This document shows, one piece after another, positions 8,745 through 18,395 of a stretch of 64,000 bases of DNA. The position numbers and the translations under genes are program-made. The notes beneath the pieces are model-generated. The model ran no database searches. It was given only the letters and a program-made list of their open reading frames with translations, and was not told the origin of the DNA. Positions within the stretch are counted from its first letter, which is position 1. Every line of letters begins with the position of its first letter. Source of the DNA: Actinomycetes bacterium (lineage in GTDB: Bacteria > Actinomycetota > Actinomycetes > Nanopelagicales > Nanopelagicaceae); NCBI GenBank assembly GCA_025354785.1, contig JANXME010000326.1:1506-65505 (forward strand), given 5' to 3'.

Positions 8745-9731
8745 TTACGCCTTCTTCGCGCGAATGCTGCTCAATTTAGCAGTCAGAGCGGTTTGAATTA
8801 ACGCAATCTGTTCGGGGGTGCACTTATGATAATTGACACCACCTATTTTTTCTTGAAGGACGGGAATGAGATTGTCAAATGCGCCCATGCCTTGAAATTC
8901 AGGCTGTTGATTTACCCATGTAGAAAACGTGTCAATTATGCTTACTCCACCCATTACAGCTGGCGTTACTGGGATTGGCGTTACTTTTGGTTCAAAGGTG
9001 AAAGTAGCCGGCACTTCTGGCTGCTGTGATACTGAACTAGACATATTCACAGCTGGAACAGAGACGGTTGTTGTGTTGTTATTGAGTGGAATTTCGCCGC
9101 CATTGATGGCGGCCATAAACTGCTCAAGCTTTAGCGGAGCCATATCTTGCTTAGCTCTCTCCATCATAATAGCAGCTTCTGCCTCTAGTTCAGCTGAAGC
9201 TTGAAACTGGGTAGCGTCCAGACGCATGGTGCTGTATTTTGTGAATAGCTCCTTGCCAGTCTTAGTGGCAGTCCACTCACAGCGTCGTAGATCCTTACCA
9301 GAATCTGGCTGTGTGGCAAGCCATAATCCCATATTCTCATAAAGCTGGTTGCCGCCTTTCATAATCTTAACCTTACCAGTATCTAAATCTAGTACCGGCA
9401 ATAGATCAACGCATGACTTTGGAAAGTCTGTTCTGGCACCTTTCTTGTTTGTCTTACTCTTGGCGTCGAGCTTGTCCCACATTGGATCTTGAGTGGTACA
9501 AGGATAACAACCGGCGCCACTTCGACCCGTAGAAACGCAAATCTCAGTTGCATACTTACGTAATATGCGCGGTTGTGCATCAGGACCGATAATCTTCACT
9601 GAGTTGATCTTATGAATCCAAACAGATACCGTGTCCTTTGCTAGCGGACGGAATCGCTTCGGAACATCCGATAGCTCTAGGTATAGATCACTGACCTTCT
9701 TACCACCTTCTTCGTTCTTAACTAATCCCAT
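8745..9731 (-). CDS. possible ssDNA-binding protein (gp32-like); otherwise hypothetical
   Basis: Sits beside the recombinase gene; Cys cluster CVSTGRSGAGCYPC; low-complexity C-terminal half. Weak assignment. Confidence 0.35.
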   Translation of the reverse strand: MGLVKNEEGGKKVSDLYLELSDVPKRFRPLAKDTVSVWIHKINSVKIIGPDAQPRILRKYATEICVSTGRSGAGCYPCTTQDPMWDKLDAKSKTNKKGARTDFPKSCVDLLPVLDLDTGKVKIMKGGNQLYENMGLWLATQPDSGKDLRRCEWTATKTGKELFTKYSTMRLDATQFQASAELEAEAAIMMERAKQDMAPLKLEQFMAAINGGEIPLNNNTTTVSVPAVNMSSSVSQQPEVPATFTFEPKVTPIPVTPAVMGGVSIIDTFSTWVNQQPEFQGMGAFDNLIPVLQEKIGGVNYHKCTPEQIALIQTALTAKLSSIRAKKA

Positions 9732-9792
9732 ATTATTTTAATCCTTGAATCCTTGAATTGGCCGAAGCCTTAAGTTGGATACTACTAACTGC

Positions 9793-9801
9793 ATTATAAC
9801 A
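9793..9801 (-). promoter_or_regulatory. candidate extended -10 promoter element TGTTATAAT
   Basis: Minus-strand TGTTATAAT about 60 nt upstream of ATG 9731, followed by a GGC-TTCG-GCC hairpin and AAGGA SD. Confidence 0.3.
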
Positions 9802-9815
9802 TATGAGTATGACAT

Positions 9816-10001
9816 CTACTCTGGGTAATCTATCTCCATATCTATATCTATACTCTCTGTCATAGACAGGTGTGTGGCCGCTTTTTCTTTTTGCTCATGA
9901 GCGCATGTTCTGCAGGGGGAATATCCGCATTCCGCTCCAATGCACTCGTCTTTATAGCCCTCGCATATACGACCGCAAACTGGGCAAGTTCGTGCTGACA
10001 T
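9816..10001 (-). CDS. small zinc-ribbon protein
   Basis: 61 aa with CPVCGRIC and C..C..C clusters; 1-nt gap to next gene. Confidence 0.5.
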   Translation of the reverse strand: MSARTCPVCGRICEGYKDECIGAECGYSPCRTCAHEQKEKAATHLSMTESIDIDMEIDYPE

Positions 10002-10002
10002 A

Positions 10003-10212
10003 TTACTTCAAAAGCTCGTCAATCTTTACCGCTAAATCGGTCTTGGTTAGAAGAAGACCGGTGGCTATAGCCGCGCAAATCCCTAATGCATTTGCAACTT
10101 CGTGGCGTTCATTGTTTCGTACGCCGCTATTTATGTATGCATGTTGATTTGCGCCAGTCTTGGTACGGCCAAAGGCATTTAGATATACTTGGTAATCAGT
10201 TTCGTCTTTCAT
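10003..10212 (-). CDS. hypothetical protein
   Basis: 69-aa ORF with 4-nt overlap to upstream ORF. Confidence 0.45.
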   Translation of the reverse strand: MKDETDYQVYLNAFGRTKTGANQHAYINSGVRNNERHEVANALGICAAIATGLLLTKTDLAVKIDELLK

Positions 10213-10409
10213 TTTGAGTCTTCCTTTAAATACCCAGCATCTTTTAGTGCCAGGTATATTTTGGTGTAAATACTATAATCATATTCGCCATATATGGCAG
10301 CCATAGAACTAGCCATAGCAGCATCATGATCAGACATGGTTCTGGCTATCAACTTTTGGACTTCATTCCAAGAATTTGGATTTTCCATCATTCCTTCAGG
10401 TTCTTCCAT
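10209..10409 (-). CDS. hypothetical protein
   Basis: 66-aa acidic ORF, co-directional. Confidence 0.45.
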   Translation of the reverse strand: MEEPEGMMENPNSWNEVQKLIARTMSDHDAAMASSMAAIYGEYDYSIYTKIYLALKDAGYLKEDSK

Positions 10410-10531
10410 TTACGTGAATTTTCTTCGGTCCAAAATGGCTGTAAGTTAGTGTAGTGGCACGCTTTTATTAATTCTTGTTTATTGTTTAGATCAAATGAGT
10501 CTAACGGTCTAATATGATCTATAACACATTT

Positions 10532-11662
10532 TCATAACATCCAGATGTAGTCGTCGTGTTCTGCAGAGGTGCCAATCATGACCACTGGTAGGTTGGTTAC
10601 ATCTTCCATCTTTTCAATATACGTTTGAACACTCCGGTGTAGCTTTCGGTATTCGGTGTGACCACCACGTACCTTGTAGGAGCTCCAGTGTATATATTGA
10701 GGAAAGTTGAGAATCAACTTGGTTGCCCCAGTTGCTTGTGCCGAGTCTGCTAGGAGACTCCAAGACTGTGTGGCTACCCGGCGAATCTTTTTCGTGACCG
10801 TCGTCCGCTCTCTCTCTGCCAGCCCGGCTGCCTCGTCGGGCGGCATGCCCGCATCTTTCGCAATTTGCTCCCATGTAGTTTCTTGTTGGTCGCTGCAGAA
10901 ATCACCAGAGTATCCAACCTGTGTCCCATCCTTGGTGAAATTGTTTCCAACACGTATGGCGAAACTTCGCACATTTAGATATACGTCGCCAATTAAACTG
11001 GGTGTAATACAAAAGTCTGAATAGGCTTGCTGCGGAGTGCAGTCACGAAAAGTACTATGGGGATAGTGTGTACCATAGTTAACTGAAAGTGCGAATCCCT
11101 GTGAGACTTCATGCATAAAGGTGCGGCCATCGGCAAATTCTTTGCGAACTGCCTTCATAAAATTCATTGGTGGTAGCGATGTATATTCTGGATAATTTCG
11201 TATTAAATCCACCGTTTCACCGCGCATAGCCTTTTCAGTGAAAGCTGCACCAGATCCACTCATGGTTGAAGAGATACGCTCTGTTGACTGCACTCCGCCA
11301 GGTGACTCCATATCAATATGCCGCTGGCTGGACACAATGGCACGTTCATGGAAGAATACCTCATTGTGTTTATACCCAGTTTCTTTAAGTTCCTTATTTA
11401 ATTGTTCAATGGTAAATCCAGAATTCGGTCCAACCCACAAACGGGGCTTACTTTTACCCATCGTATTCAGATATGATGGTGTAGGAATTGCCTTAGATAC
11501 AAACTTCTTAACCGAATGTACCACACTATGTCCAGCATTCGGAAAGTTACATGTCGAAACATTTTCTGTCTTATAAATGTCGACTAGTCGAGTCGACGCA
11601 GCCCCTTTCGCACTTGAACCCCAAGCAGAATCTACGATACAATTAAACTTACCCTTTTGCAT
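10532..11662 (-). CDS. adenylosuccinate synthetase family protein (divergent PurA homologue; candidate PurZ)
   Basis: Collinear with E. coli PurA motifs: WGSSAKG (GDEGKGK), FPNAGHSV (GGHNAGHT), ISSTMSGSGAAFTEK (IGTTGRGIGPAYEDK), IRVGNN (TRVGAG), TKLI (TKLD), IGTSAEH (ISTGPDR). 376 aa versus about 430. Confidence 0.75.
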   Translation of the reverse strand: MQKGKFNCIVDSAWGSSAKGAASTRLVDIYKTENVSTCNFPNAGHSVVHSVKKFVSKAIPTPSYLNTMGKSKPRLWVGPNSGFTIEQLNKELKETGYKHNEVFFHERAIVSSQRHIDMESPGGVQSTERISSTMSGSGAAFTEKAMRGETVDLIRNYPEYTSLPPMNFMKAVRKEFADGRTFMHEVSQGFALSVNYGTHYPHSTFRDCTPQQAYSDFCITPSLIGDVYLNVRSFAIRVGNNFTKDGTQVGYSGDFCSDQQETTWEQIAKDAGMPPDEAAGLAERERTTVTKKIRRVATQSWSLLADSAQATGATKLILNFPQYIHWSSYKVRGGHTEYRKLHRSVQTYIEKMEDVTNLPVVMIGTSAEHDDYIWML

Positions 11663-11880
11663 TATTGCACCTTAAGTACAACGTCGACGTTAGCCAAATA
11701 TGTCGTGAATTTAATCTTTGGAAGCGCGCTGCCAGCATCGATCTCTATTTCCAGATTAGAGATCAGTCCTACTGGCTTACCATTGTAGTAGAGCATAGAG
11801 CGCTGGCCATGCTTGGTGTCTAGCTCAAGGCGCCAGTCTGGCTTTTTGTCAAAAATATTCTCAATCTTCTTCTTGCTCAT
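11662..11880 (-). CDS. hypothetical protein
   Basis: 72-aa ORF; 1-nt overlap with PurA-like start and 4-nt overlap upstream. Confidence 0.5.
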   Translation of the reverse strand: MSKKKIENIFDKKPDWRLELDTKHGQRSMLYYNGKPVGLISNLEIEIDAGSALPKIKFTTYLANVDVVLKVQ

Positions 11881-12155
11881 TTTTCTATATCCTTGAGTAT
11901 TTTATGCCATGCTTTCTTCTTAGGAAATTTATTTACTAGACGTCCGATAACCTTCTGGCCGTGCATGAATAGTATAGTATATGCAGGTAATATTCTATGC
12001 TTGGCAATGAAAGATAATTCTTCTACATCCATCGTGTAAAAATCTAGGAATGTAGCGTCAGAAACGAACGCCGCTAGCTCCAGAAATTCTTTGTTGCGCG
12101 GGAAGTCGGGGTCAGTTATGAATATAACTTTCACGTCTTTTGACAAGTTGGCCAC
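11877..12155 (-). CDS. thioredoxin-fold-like protein without CxxC
   Basis: VKVIFITD..ILPAYTILFMHGQKVIGRLVN matches thioredoxin beta-alpha-beta topology; no redox cysteines; adjacent to RNR. Confidence 0.35.
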   Translation of the reverse strand: MANLSKDVKVIFITDPDFPRNKEFLELAAFVSDATFLDFYTMDVEELSFIAKHRILPAYTILFMHGQKVIGRLVNKFPKKKAWHKILKDIEK

Positions 12156-12190
12156 CTATTATCATATATGCGCGACTTAGCTGCGGATAA

Positions 12191-14134
12191 CTATATGTGG
12201 CAGACTGCGAATCCGCAATGTGTACAAGTATCGCAACCGCCAGCCGAATCCATCTCTTTCGTGCATTCAGGACATGCATTCTTGATATCCCTCATGGCTA
12301 TATCTATGTGGTTGTTCCCATATCTAATAGATTCTATGGTGCTACTAGCACTGTCAATTACCGCTTTAACAGTATCGATTATACTAGCTTGACCGCTTGA
12401 TAGTGTCTGGTTTGCTCTGCAACCGTCTCGATAGATTGTAATACCCTTACAGCCACTTTTCCAGGCTAACATAAAAGCTTTCTTTACATCTTCAACCGTT
12501 GCCAAATTCGGCAGATTGATGGTCTTAGATATCGCATTGTCTACATGCTTTTGCCACACCGCTTGCATGGCAATGTGCTGTTCTACAGTTACATCATTGG
12601 CCTGTACGAATATGGCCTGATATGCCAGATCAATTTCTGAGCAGCCTTGAATAGTATTGTGTTTGAAGTAATACTCGTGTATAGCATCAACCTTGATGTT
12701 AGGCAGCGTGTCTAAGTATTGCTGGAACAACGGGTGTGTCTCATACATCACCATACCAGCCTGTTCGCGTTTCAGAATTAAAAATGAGATCGGCTCAATG
12801 CCGGTGTCAGCCCCAACAATAATTGCTGTTGATCCGGTTGGAGCCACGTTGGTTCGACAAGCGTTTCGCATGGCCTCCCAACCTTCAGCTTGCACTGCTG
12901 AACCTTCGAAAGAACCAAAGGAACCTCTTTCTACACCCAGATTGCAGGATGCACGATCCGCGATAGACCTGAAAACAAACGCAATCTTGTCCGCAATGTC
13001 TAGAGATTCCTGTGAACCATAAGCGACGCCGAGCTTAATGAATAACCCAGCCTCACCCATTACTCCAAGTCCAATCTTACGATTGGTGCGCTTATGCATC
13101 TGCTCGATAGCGGGTAACGCATAGTGGTTGACTTCTATGACATTATCTAAGAATCTAACAGCAACGTGAATGTCTTTCTTGAATTGATCCCAGTTAAAAT
13201 GAGATTCCCAAGTGCCATTTGTTGGTGGCTTAGCGATATAATATTTACTTAGATCTAAGTGACCTAGTGTACATGCCTCATTTGGCAATAGCCACTGCTC
13301 TCCACAGGGATTAGTAGCCTCTAGTCGACCTATGTGGGGTGTTGGATTTGTTCTGTTCGCCGTATCGATAAATAACATGCCTGGATCGCCGGTCAGCCAT
13401 GCGTTCTGGCATATATCGTCAAACAGTTTGTCTGCGCGGACCATGCTGGTTACATGTCCGTCAACTCTTGATATAAAATCCCAGTTGTCTTGATTAAGCA
13501 CTGCATTCATGAATACGTCTGGAACTGTATGGGAAATGTTGAAAGACTTACATGAACCATCTACGTTTTTAAATGTGATAAATTCTGGGGTGTTTGGATG
13601 GTCAATAGGCAAAGCGGCCATATTGGCGCCATTGCGGGCACCACCTTGGATGATGAACTCTGTCATCATATAATTTTTCAGTTTGATTACTGGAATCGGA
13701 CCAACCGCTCTTTTGCCAGTGCTCTTAATTATGGCTTCAGATTCACGAATTAAGCCATAATTAAATCCAGTGCCTCCGCCACTCTTTTGCACCATGGCTT
13801 GAGCTTTGATGCAGTCCATGATTTCTTCCATGGAATCGCCAATTGGCAAAACGTAGCATGCGGCGAGTTGGCCACGTTCGCGACCAGCATTGATTAATGT
13901 GGGTGTATTCGGCATAAACCGAAGACTACACATCATCTCCATAAACTGTTGCTCAAAAATCTCGATAAGGTCTGCATGGCCAAATATAGCCTCAGCAGAG
14001 GCGACTTTGGTGGCCACGCGCCAAAACATATCTTTCGGAACTTCCAAAGAACCATCGGCTTTGGTCCAATGATATCGTTTGTCAAGGATTTTTAAAGCAT
14101 TGGCAGTAATGGCTGGGTCAATATCTACAGACAT
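12191..14134 (-). CDS. nrdJ: class II (adenosylcobalamin-dependent) ribonucleotide reductase
   Basis: TNPCGEQWLLPNEACTLGHL active-site loop, SGGGTGFNYG, C-terminal CPEC..CDTCTHC ribbon. ATG at 14134 preferred over track TTG at 14155. Confidence 0.85.
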   Translation of the reverse strand: MSVDIDPAITANALKILDKRYHWTKADGSLEVPKDMFWRVATKVASAEAIFGHADLIEIFEQQFMEMMCSLRFMPNTPTLINAGRERGQLAACYVLPIGDSMEEIMDCIKAQAMVQKSGGGTGFNYGLIRESEAIIKSTGKRAVGPIPVIKLKNYMMTEFIIQGGARNGANMAALPIDHPNTPEFITFKNVDGSCKSFNISHTVPDVFMNAVLNQDNWDFISRVDGHVTSMVRADKLFDDICQNAWLTGDPGMLFIDTANRTNPTPHIGRLEATNPCGEQWLLPNEACTLGHLDLSKYYIAKPPTNGTWESHFNWDQFKKDIHVAVRFLDNVIEVNHYALPAIEQMHKRTNRKIGLGVMGEAGLFIKLGVAYGSQESLDIADKIAFVFRSIADRASCNLGVERGSFGSFEGSAVQAEGWEAMRNACRTNVAPTGSTAIIVGADTGIEPISFLILKREQAGMVMYETHPLFQQYLDTLPNIKVDAIHEYYFKHNTIQGCSEIDLAYQAIFVQANDVTVEQHIAMQAVWQKHVDNAISKTINLPNLATVEDVKKAFMLAWKSGCKGITIYRDGCRANQTLSSGQASIIDTVKAVIDSASSTIESIRYGNNHIDIAMRDIKNACPECTKEMDSAGGCDTCTHCGFAVCHI

Positions 14135-14202
14135 AAAAGACACATTCCTACCCAATCGAACAGAGTTCGAGGGGCTTAAATTAGATAATTTGGATAGTTG
14201 AG

Positions 14203-14211
14203 ACTATAACA
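14203..14211 (-). promoter_or_regulatory. candidate extended -10 element TGTTATAGT
   Basis: Minus-strand TGTTATAGT about 70 nt upstream of the nrdJ ATG in a 170-nt intergenic region. Confidence 0.25.
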
Positions 14212-14306
14212 ATGTCAGGATATAGAACGGTGGTCGGAATGATCCAAAATCTGCACAAACCATTAACGTTCATAGATGCACCTGTCACAAAATGTTGCAA
14301 CTGAAA

Positions 14307-14588
14307 TTATAATTTTTGAGCATCAGCTGGAAATGTTTCGACAAACATTCCGAGCAATTTATTTTTACTTGCGCGCTTATTTCTAGCACGTTCCGCTCGT
14401 GAGCGCAGACGATACATACGAGCACACGCTTTACAATATTTCGTTTGACTTTTATCCTGTGCTTTCACATATCTTACTTTAAAGCATCCAGGTTCTTTGC
14501 AAATTATCTTGTAGCAATACAATCCAACATCGATTTTTTCAGGTTGCCCATTTTCATTTAGTTGGGTTGCAAATTTAACTTCATTCAT
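14307..14588 (-). CDS. zinc-ribbon protein with basic tail
   Basis: CYKIICKEPGC..KYCKAC followed by RMYRLRSRAERARNKRASK. Confidence 0.5.
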   Translation of the reverse strand: MNEVKFATQLNENGQPEKIDVGLYCYKIICKEPGCFKVRYVKAQDKSQTKYCKACARMYRLRSRAERARNKRASKNKLLGMFVETFPADAQKL

Positions 14589-14630
14589 TTAGATGCCTTG
14601 CCAGTGTTTGCAGGTTCTCTAGTGGCTTTC

Positions 14631-15869
14631 TTAGTATACAAGTAGCTTCCCTTGTTTCTTGAGTAAATTATATAAAGAGTCACACAGATCGATATCCCGG
14701 TTCTCAGACACATACTTGATAAAATATTTACGAATGGTCTGTATTCGACGTGATGATAATGTTGCAGACACGCCGTGATACTCACCAATCTTCTTACTAT
14801 AATTAATGCATCTGTCTAGAGAAAAAGATTCGGCCCCACATGTCTGTTTAGGGTTTTTAATTTTGAGGTGCTCACATTTACGAGTATTCTTAAATCCAGA
14901 ACATAATTCAGAACATACTGAATCGGCTTTGAGTGAGCACTTGGAGCATATATCTTTGGATGCTACCGGGTCGAAAATGACATCTAATATAGCTCTAGCC
15001 TTGGTGTCAGTTGGTGAAGCTAGTGGGTCTGGATTCAACGGCAGCGCCGCATATGTACCAGAGATTATGATTTGCACCTCGGCTTCCAATTCTTGCTCTA
15101 CATATTGTTCTTCAATATTAAGTTCTTCAGTTGGAAGGTCATGTACGATATCTTCTTTACTATCGAACCGAGATTCAATGTGTACATCCGTCGAAAGACA
15201 TTTTGCACAAACATATGCAAATTTACGCTGCCAAATATTTGAGCAGGTCAGACATTTGCGATATTTATTGGCTTTATATGCGGAATTACCATCTGGCCAA
15301 CATTCGATTGTTAACTGACTGGTGCATTCTGGGCACACTTTGCTGTCAACTTCTCTGGAATCTGCTTTAGAGCGATGTCCACAATCATCGCACACTTGGA
15401 TCAAGTTGTGATTATATATCTTGTTAATTGCGTTACGTACGCCCATGATCCCGCGTTTTTTAAGCCAGTTTATCGGGTTGGCATTTGTTGGCCTCACTAT
15501 GCCTCCACCAACATCAGCTGTCTGACCAACCACTGCCCTAGTGGTGACCACGGTTCCAAACGCTTTAGCGGAAGGTAAATCCTTGAAAATGGTTTCCCAA
15601 AATATGGAGACCACATCGTCAAGATTTATTGAGAAGTTTGAGTAGTCATTATTACGTGAATAATAACGTTTACACTCTTTCTCGAACAAACGCTTAATAA
15701 CGCCTTGTCTGGCGGGGTTATTTATGGTGTATGCAGTAACTCCGGACACGAGGTCCATCATCTCCTGCATCGCAGTTGGATCTTGAATCTTATTTAGTAT
15801 CGATTGTTGCACTCGATTGACTATCAAGTCCGCTTGTTGATTGCTTATCCAACTTTTTGGTTGTGCCAT
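14631..15869 (-). CDS. multi-zinc-ribbon protein with C-terminal sigma-70 region-4-like HTH (putative transcription factor)
   Basis: Several CxxC pairs (CDDCGH, CPEC, CLTC, CAKC, CSKC); C-terminal IGEYHGVSATLSSRRIQTIRKYF resembles a region 4.2 HTH. Start uncertain (80-nt overlap upstream). Confidence 0.3.
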   Translation of the reverse strand: MAQPKSWISNQQADLIVNRVQQSILNKIQDPTAMQEMMDLVSGVTAYTINNPARQGVIKRLFEKECKRYYSRNNDYSNFSINLDDVVSIFWETIFKDLPSAKAFGTVVTTRAVVGQTADVGGGIVRPTNANPINWLKKRGIMGVRNAINKIYNHNLIQVCDDCGHRSKADSREVDSKVCPECTSQLTIECWPDGNSAYKANKYRKCLTCSNIWQRKFAYVCAKCLSTDVHIESRFDSKEDIVHDLPTEELNIEEQYVEQELEAEVQIIISGTYAALPLNPDPLASPTDTKARAILDVIFDPVASKDICSKCSLKADSVCSELCSGFKNTRKCEHLKIKNPKQTCGAESFSLDRCINYSKKIGEYHGVSATLSSRRIQTIRKYFIKYVSENRDIDLCDSLYNLLKKQGKLLVY

Positions 15870-16272
15870 TTTTGTTTGATTTACACTCGCGACACCGTTT
15901 AACTAAAAATGCATCAGCTAAGTGGATGGTCCGCTCACCACCACAGTCTACGCATTTAATTGCAAGTAGCGTGCCACCTAATTTCTCTGGATCTTGGGTA
16001 AATGAGCCCACAACCACCCATGGAAATTTGACGCAGACTTCTTTTTGTTTCTCTACATCTTTGAATACAGGAACCTTAGTCTTAGCTTTGGTTAGACGGA
16101 CTTCTGGATGTCCCTCCACATCAAACTGGGTCTTAATGGCCGCTTTCATTGCGGCTTTAGCCTGCTCTTTAACCAGCTTGGCTGCGTCCTTCAATTCCTT
16201 TTCGGTTTTGATTGGCTCCGGCTGCAGTGCGAGCGGATCAAACGGAACATCTTCAATTGTGAGCTTATTCAT
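15790..16272 (-). CDS. hypothetical protein with C-terminal zinc ribbon
   Basis: KCVDCGGERTIHLADAFLVKRCRECK is the same ribbon pattern as the C-terminus of 16800..18395. MNKLTIEDV start chosen. Confidence 0.5.
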   Translation of the reverse strand: MNKLTIEDVPFDPLALQPEPIKTEKELKDAAKLVKEQAKAAMKAAIKTQFDVEGHPEVRLTKAKTKVPVFKDVEKQKEVCVKFPWVVVGSFTQDPEKLGGTLLAIKCVDCGGERTIHLADAFLVKRCRECKSNKNGTTKKLDKQSTSGLDSQSSATIDTK

Positions 16273-16537
16273 ATATGTTATCATATCCGTAAGATAGAGG
16301 AAATAGTTGAAACCAAACATGTTCTTTAATGCGTGCTAATGCGTACTCTAGAGCAACCACAAATGATGGTTGCTTGAGTAATCTTAAATCATCTGGATGA
16401 CCCATCTCAATTGCCCTCAATCGATGAGCATCAGCGACATGTCCGTCTTCGAACACTCGTATTGACTCCAGAACAGTATGCAAACGCCATACCAATGGTA
16501 TACCAGCTTCGTTTACTATCAGATAGACTGTCGGCAC
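16265..16537 (-). CDS. hypothetical protein
   Basis: 90-aa co-directional ORF. Confidence 0.45.
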   Translation of the reverse strand: MPTVYLIVNEAGIPLVWRLHTVLESIRVFEDGHVADAHRLRAIEMGHPDDLRLLKQPSFVVALEYALARIKEHVWFQLFPLSYGYDNIYE

Positions 16538-16800
16538 CGCTTCCTTGGATCTGGGAGATTTAGTGTCTTTAGTGAAGAGTTGTACATGTCTGGACCAAAC
16601 AACGCTGATACAGGTGTCCAGCCTGTATATGAATACATTTGTGGCAGATTAACAAATGAGGCAACAAAACCAATAATGAAGACCCATTTTAATACACCCA
16701 ATATAAATATGAGTAGTCGGCCCCACCACATCACTGATGACTTAAACATCAGTGATATGAAAAAGATGCCAACACATCCAACCGCCACCAACCCTGACAT
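16519..16800 (-). CDS. small membrane protein
   Basis: 93 aa with three hydrophobic segments (VAVGCVGIFFISLMF, LLIFILGVLKWVFIIGFVASFV). Confidence 0.5.
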   Translation of the reverse strand: MSGLVAVGCVGIFFISLMFKSSVMWWGRLLIFILGVLKWVFIIGFVASFVNLPQMYSYTGWTPVSALFGPDMYNSSLKTLNLPDPRKRCRQSI

Positions 16801-18395
16801 TAAGAGTTCCCAATCATTCTTCGCTCTTTCGCACGTTTCCGACGAGCTTCTTTAGTGCACGCGAGACATTTCTTAACTTGATGAACATCTTGAGGATATA
16901 TAATTCTACCGCCGTGGCAGTCTTCGCACTGAATCATCACCATTGATGTGGGCTTGGAACGAGCTATAATCTTCATTTCATTGCCCTTTGTCAGGGCAAC
17001 AATGGCCAATTTGCCAGCCATACGTTCCGACTCTCGTTGAAATGCCTCATCATGAGTGCCACACGTATTGTGAGCAAATTCGTGTACGATTGTACTTAGA
17101 ACCTTTTCATCCAGCGCATCTTTGAAATCAAAACAATTTACATTAAATCCAATAACCCCAGTGGACCATCTGAAATGCGCCATTTTCTGCACGCCAGTGA
17201 AACTTTGTGGGCGCTTGAAAAACTCGATGCCGACATTCTTGCCTAGCATTTCTTGACCCAAGAAACAAACAAGTCTACGAAATGCTCCAGTTGGCTCTGC
17301 AATGGATTCAGGAACATATTCATCCATGAACTCATTTTCAATACTGCGTACTACAGTTGTTGCGTTGTGAATGTGATTTATAAGTATGTTGACCAAATGG
17401 TTACTAATCCCAGTAAGTTTTATGATGGAATACCCATTTTGCTGTGCGACATCATTGGCAGCCATGTCATGTGATACCAATGCTAGTTTTGATAATGGCC
17501 CATAAAGTTTAGTAGCCACCAGACGTCCCTCTTCATATGTTAGGGCAGCCATGGCTTCATCAACCCATTCATGCTTCAAGGCTCGGGCACTCATTTTCGG
17601 TAGTAATTTGGGTAAAACCATCATGCCAAGTGAGTTCAGATATTCGTCATCAATACTATCTCGATTGTCATTTAGTGGAATGCGTTGGCAAACATTAATA
17701 TGAAATCTAGTACTATGTTCCTGTACCGGAATACCCATCTCATAGATCCAGCCCAGTTTTTCACCCTTAGCTAGATTTAGAATCTCAACTGTTGTGTCGC
17801 CAGACACGTCTTTCTGCACACCATTGATAATAGATTGGGTCCTCAGTGTTGCGCTAAAATGGGTGCGTAAACGACGAGCTTTTACTTCTGAGTTATTTAC
17901 AAATAGTGTTATTCCATTGGGTGGAATAATTCTATTTAGGTATACCGCAGCCGCCTCTACATCTGTTTGAGTCCATTCCGCAACTTTTACAGAGACTTTC
18001 GTTCCAACAATTCGATCCGATTTGACTGTTTCACGGCCATCGGTAAACGTGGTCTTAAATCCGATTGTGTCAACTTCGGCCCACTCAGCTGCCGATATTA
18101 GTTCTTTTAGCCCTCGGCCTTTACGTCCCCGCTTGGTCACGCTATCTTGCTTATCGGTTAAGAACACTGTGGTGACCAATGAGATATCTTGAATACCAAT
18201 CTTAGAATTATCCTCCACTGACACAAATCCAGGTCGGAGTTGGACACGTACTTCAGTAACATCACTAGTGTCGAAAGTGTTGGAAATAGCTTCTCGAATT
18301 AGATCGGCAGGACGTCGACCTGCATTCATCCGTTTCCAACCATCGTTGGAGATAGAAAACCGTTCCACGCTCTTTTCTAGAATGTCATTGCTCAT
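16800..18395 (-). CDS. GHKL-type ATPase-like domain fused to an HExxH metallopeptidase motif and a zinc ribbon
   Basis: Bergerat-like ADLIREAISNTFDT, VEDNSKIG, GRKGRGLK; C-terminal VHEFAHNTCGTHDEAF; terminal CEDCHGGR..CLAC. ATG 18395 preferred (track start 18428 is TTG). Confidence 0.45.
   Translation of the reverse strand: MSNDILEKSVERFSISNDGWKRMNAGRRPADLIREAISNTFDTSDVTEVRVQLRPGFVSVEDNSKIGIQDISLVTTVFLTDKQDSVTKRGRKGRGLKELISAAEWAEVDTIGFKTTFTDGRETVKSDRIVGTKVSVKVAEWTQTDVEAAAVYLNRIIPPNGITLFVNNSEVKARRLRTHFSATLRTQSIINGVQKDVSGDTTVEILNLAKGEKLGWIYEMGIPVQEHSTRFHINVCQRIPLNDNRDSIDDEYLNSLGMMVLPKLLPKMSARALKHEWVDEAMAALTYEEGRLVATKLYGPLSKLALVSHDMAANDVAQQNGYSIIKLTGISNHLVNILINHIHNATTVVRSIENEFMDEYVPESIAEPTGAFRRLVCFLGQEMLGKNVGIEFFKRPQSFTGVQKMAHFRWSTGVIGFNVNCFDFKDALDEKVLSTIVHEFAHNTCGTHDEAFQRESERMAGKLAIVALTKGNEMKIIARSKPTSMVMIQCEDCHGGRIIYPQDVHQVKKCLACTKEARRKRAKERRMIGNS

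Noticed and set aside
9740-9762. Tandem 8-mer ATCCTTGA ATCCTTGA upstream of the SSB-like gene.
   Set aside because: Only two copies are present. On the coding strand they simply duplicate the AAGGA Shine-Dalgarno region. Not treated as iterons.
14135-14306. Cobalamin riboswitch or NrdR box upstream of nrdJ.
   Set aside because: The region is too short and AT-rich for a B12 element, and no B12-box-like sequence is visible. Only a weak partial resemblance to the NrdR palindrome (TTCTATATCCTG) was seen.
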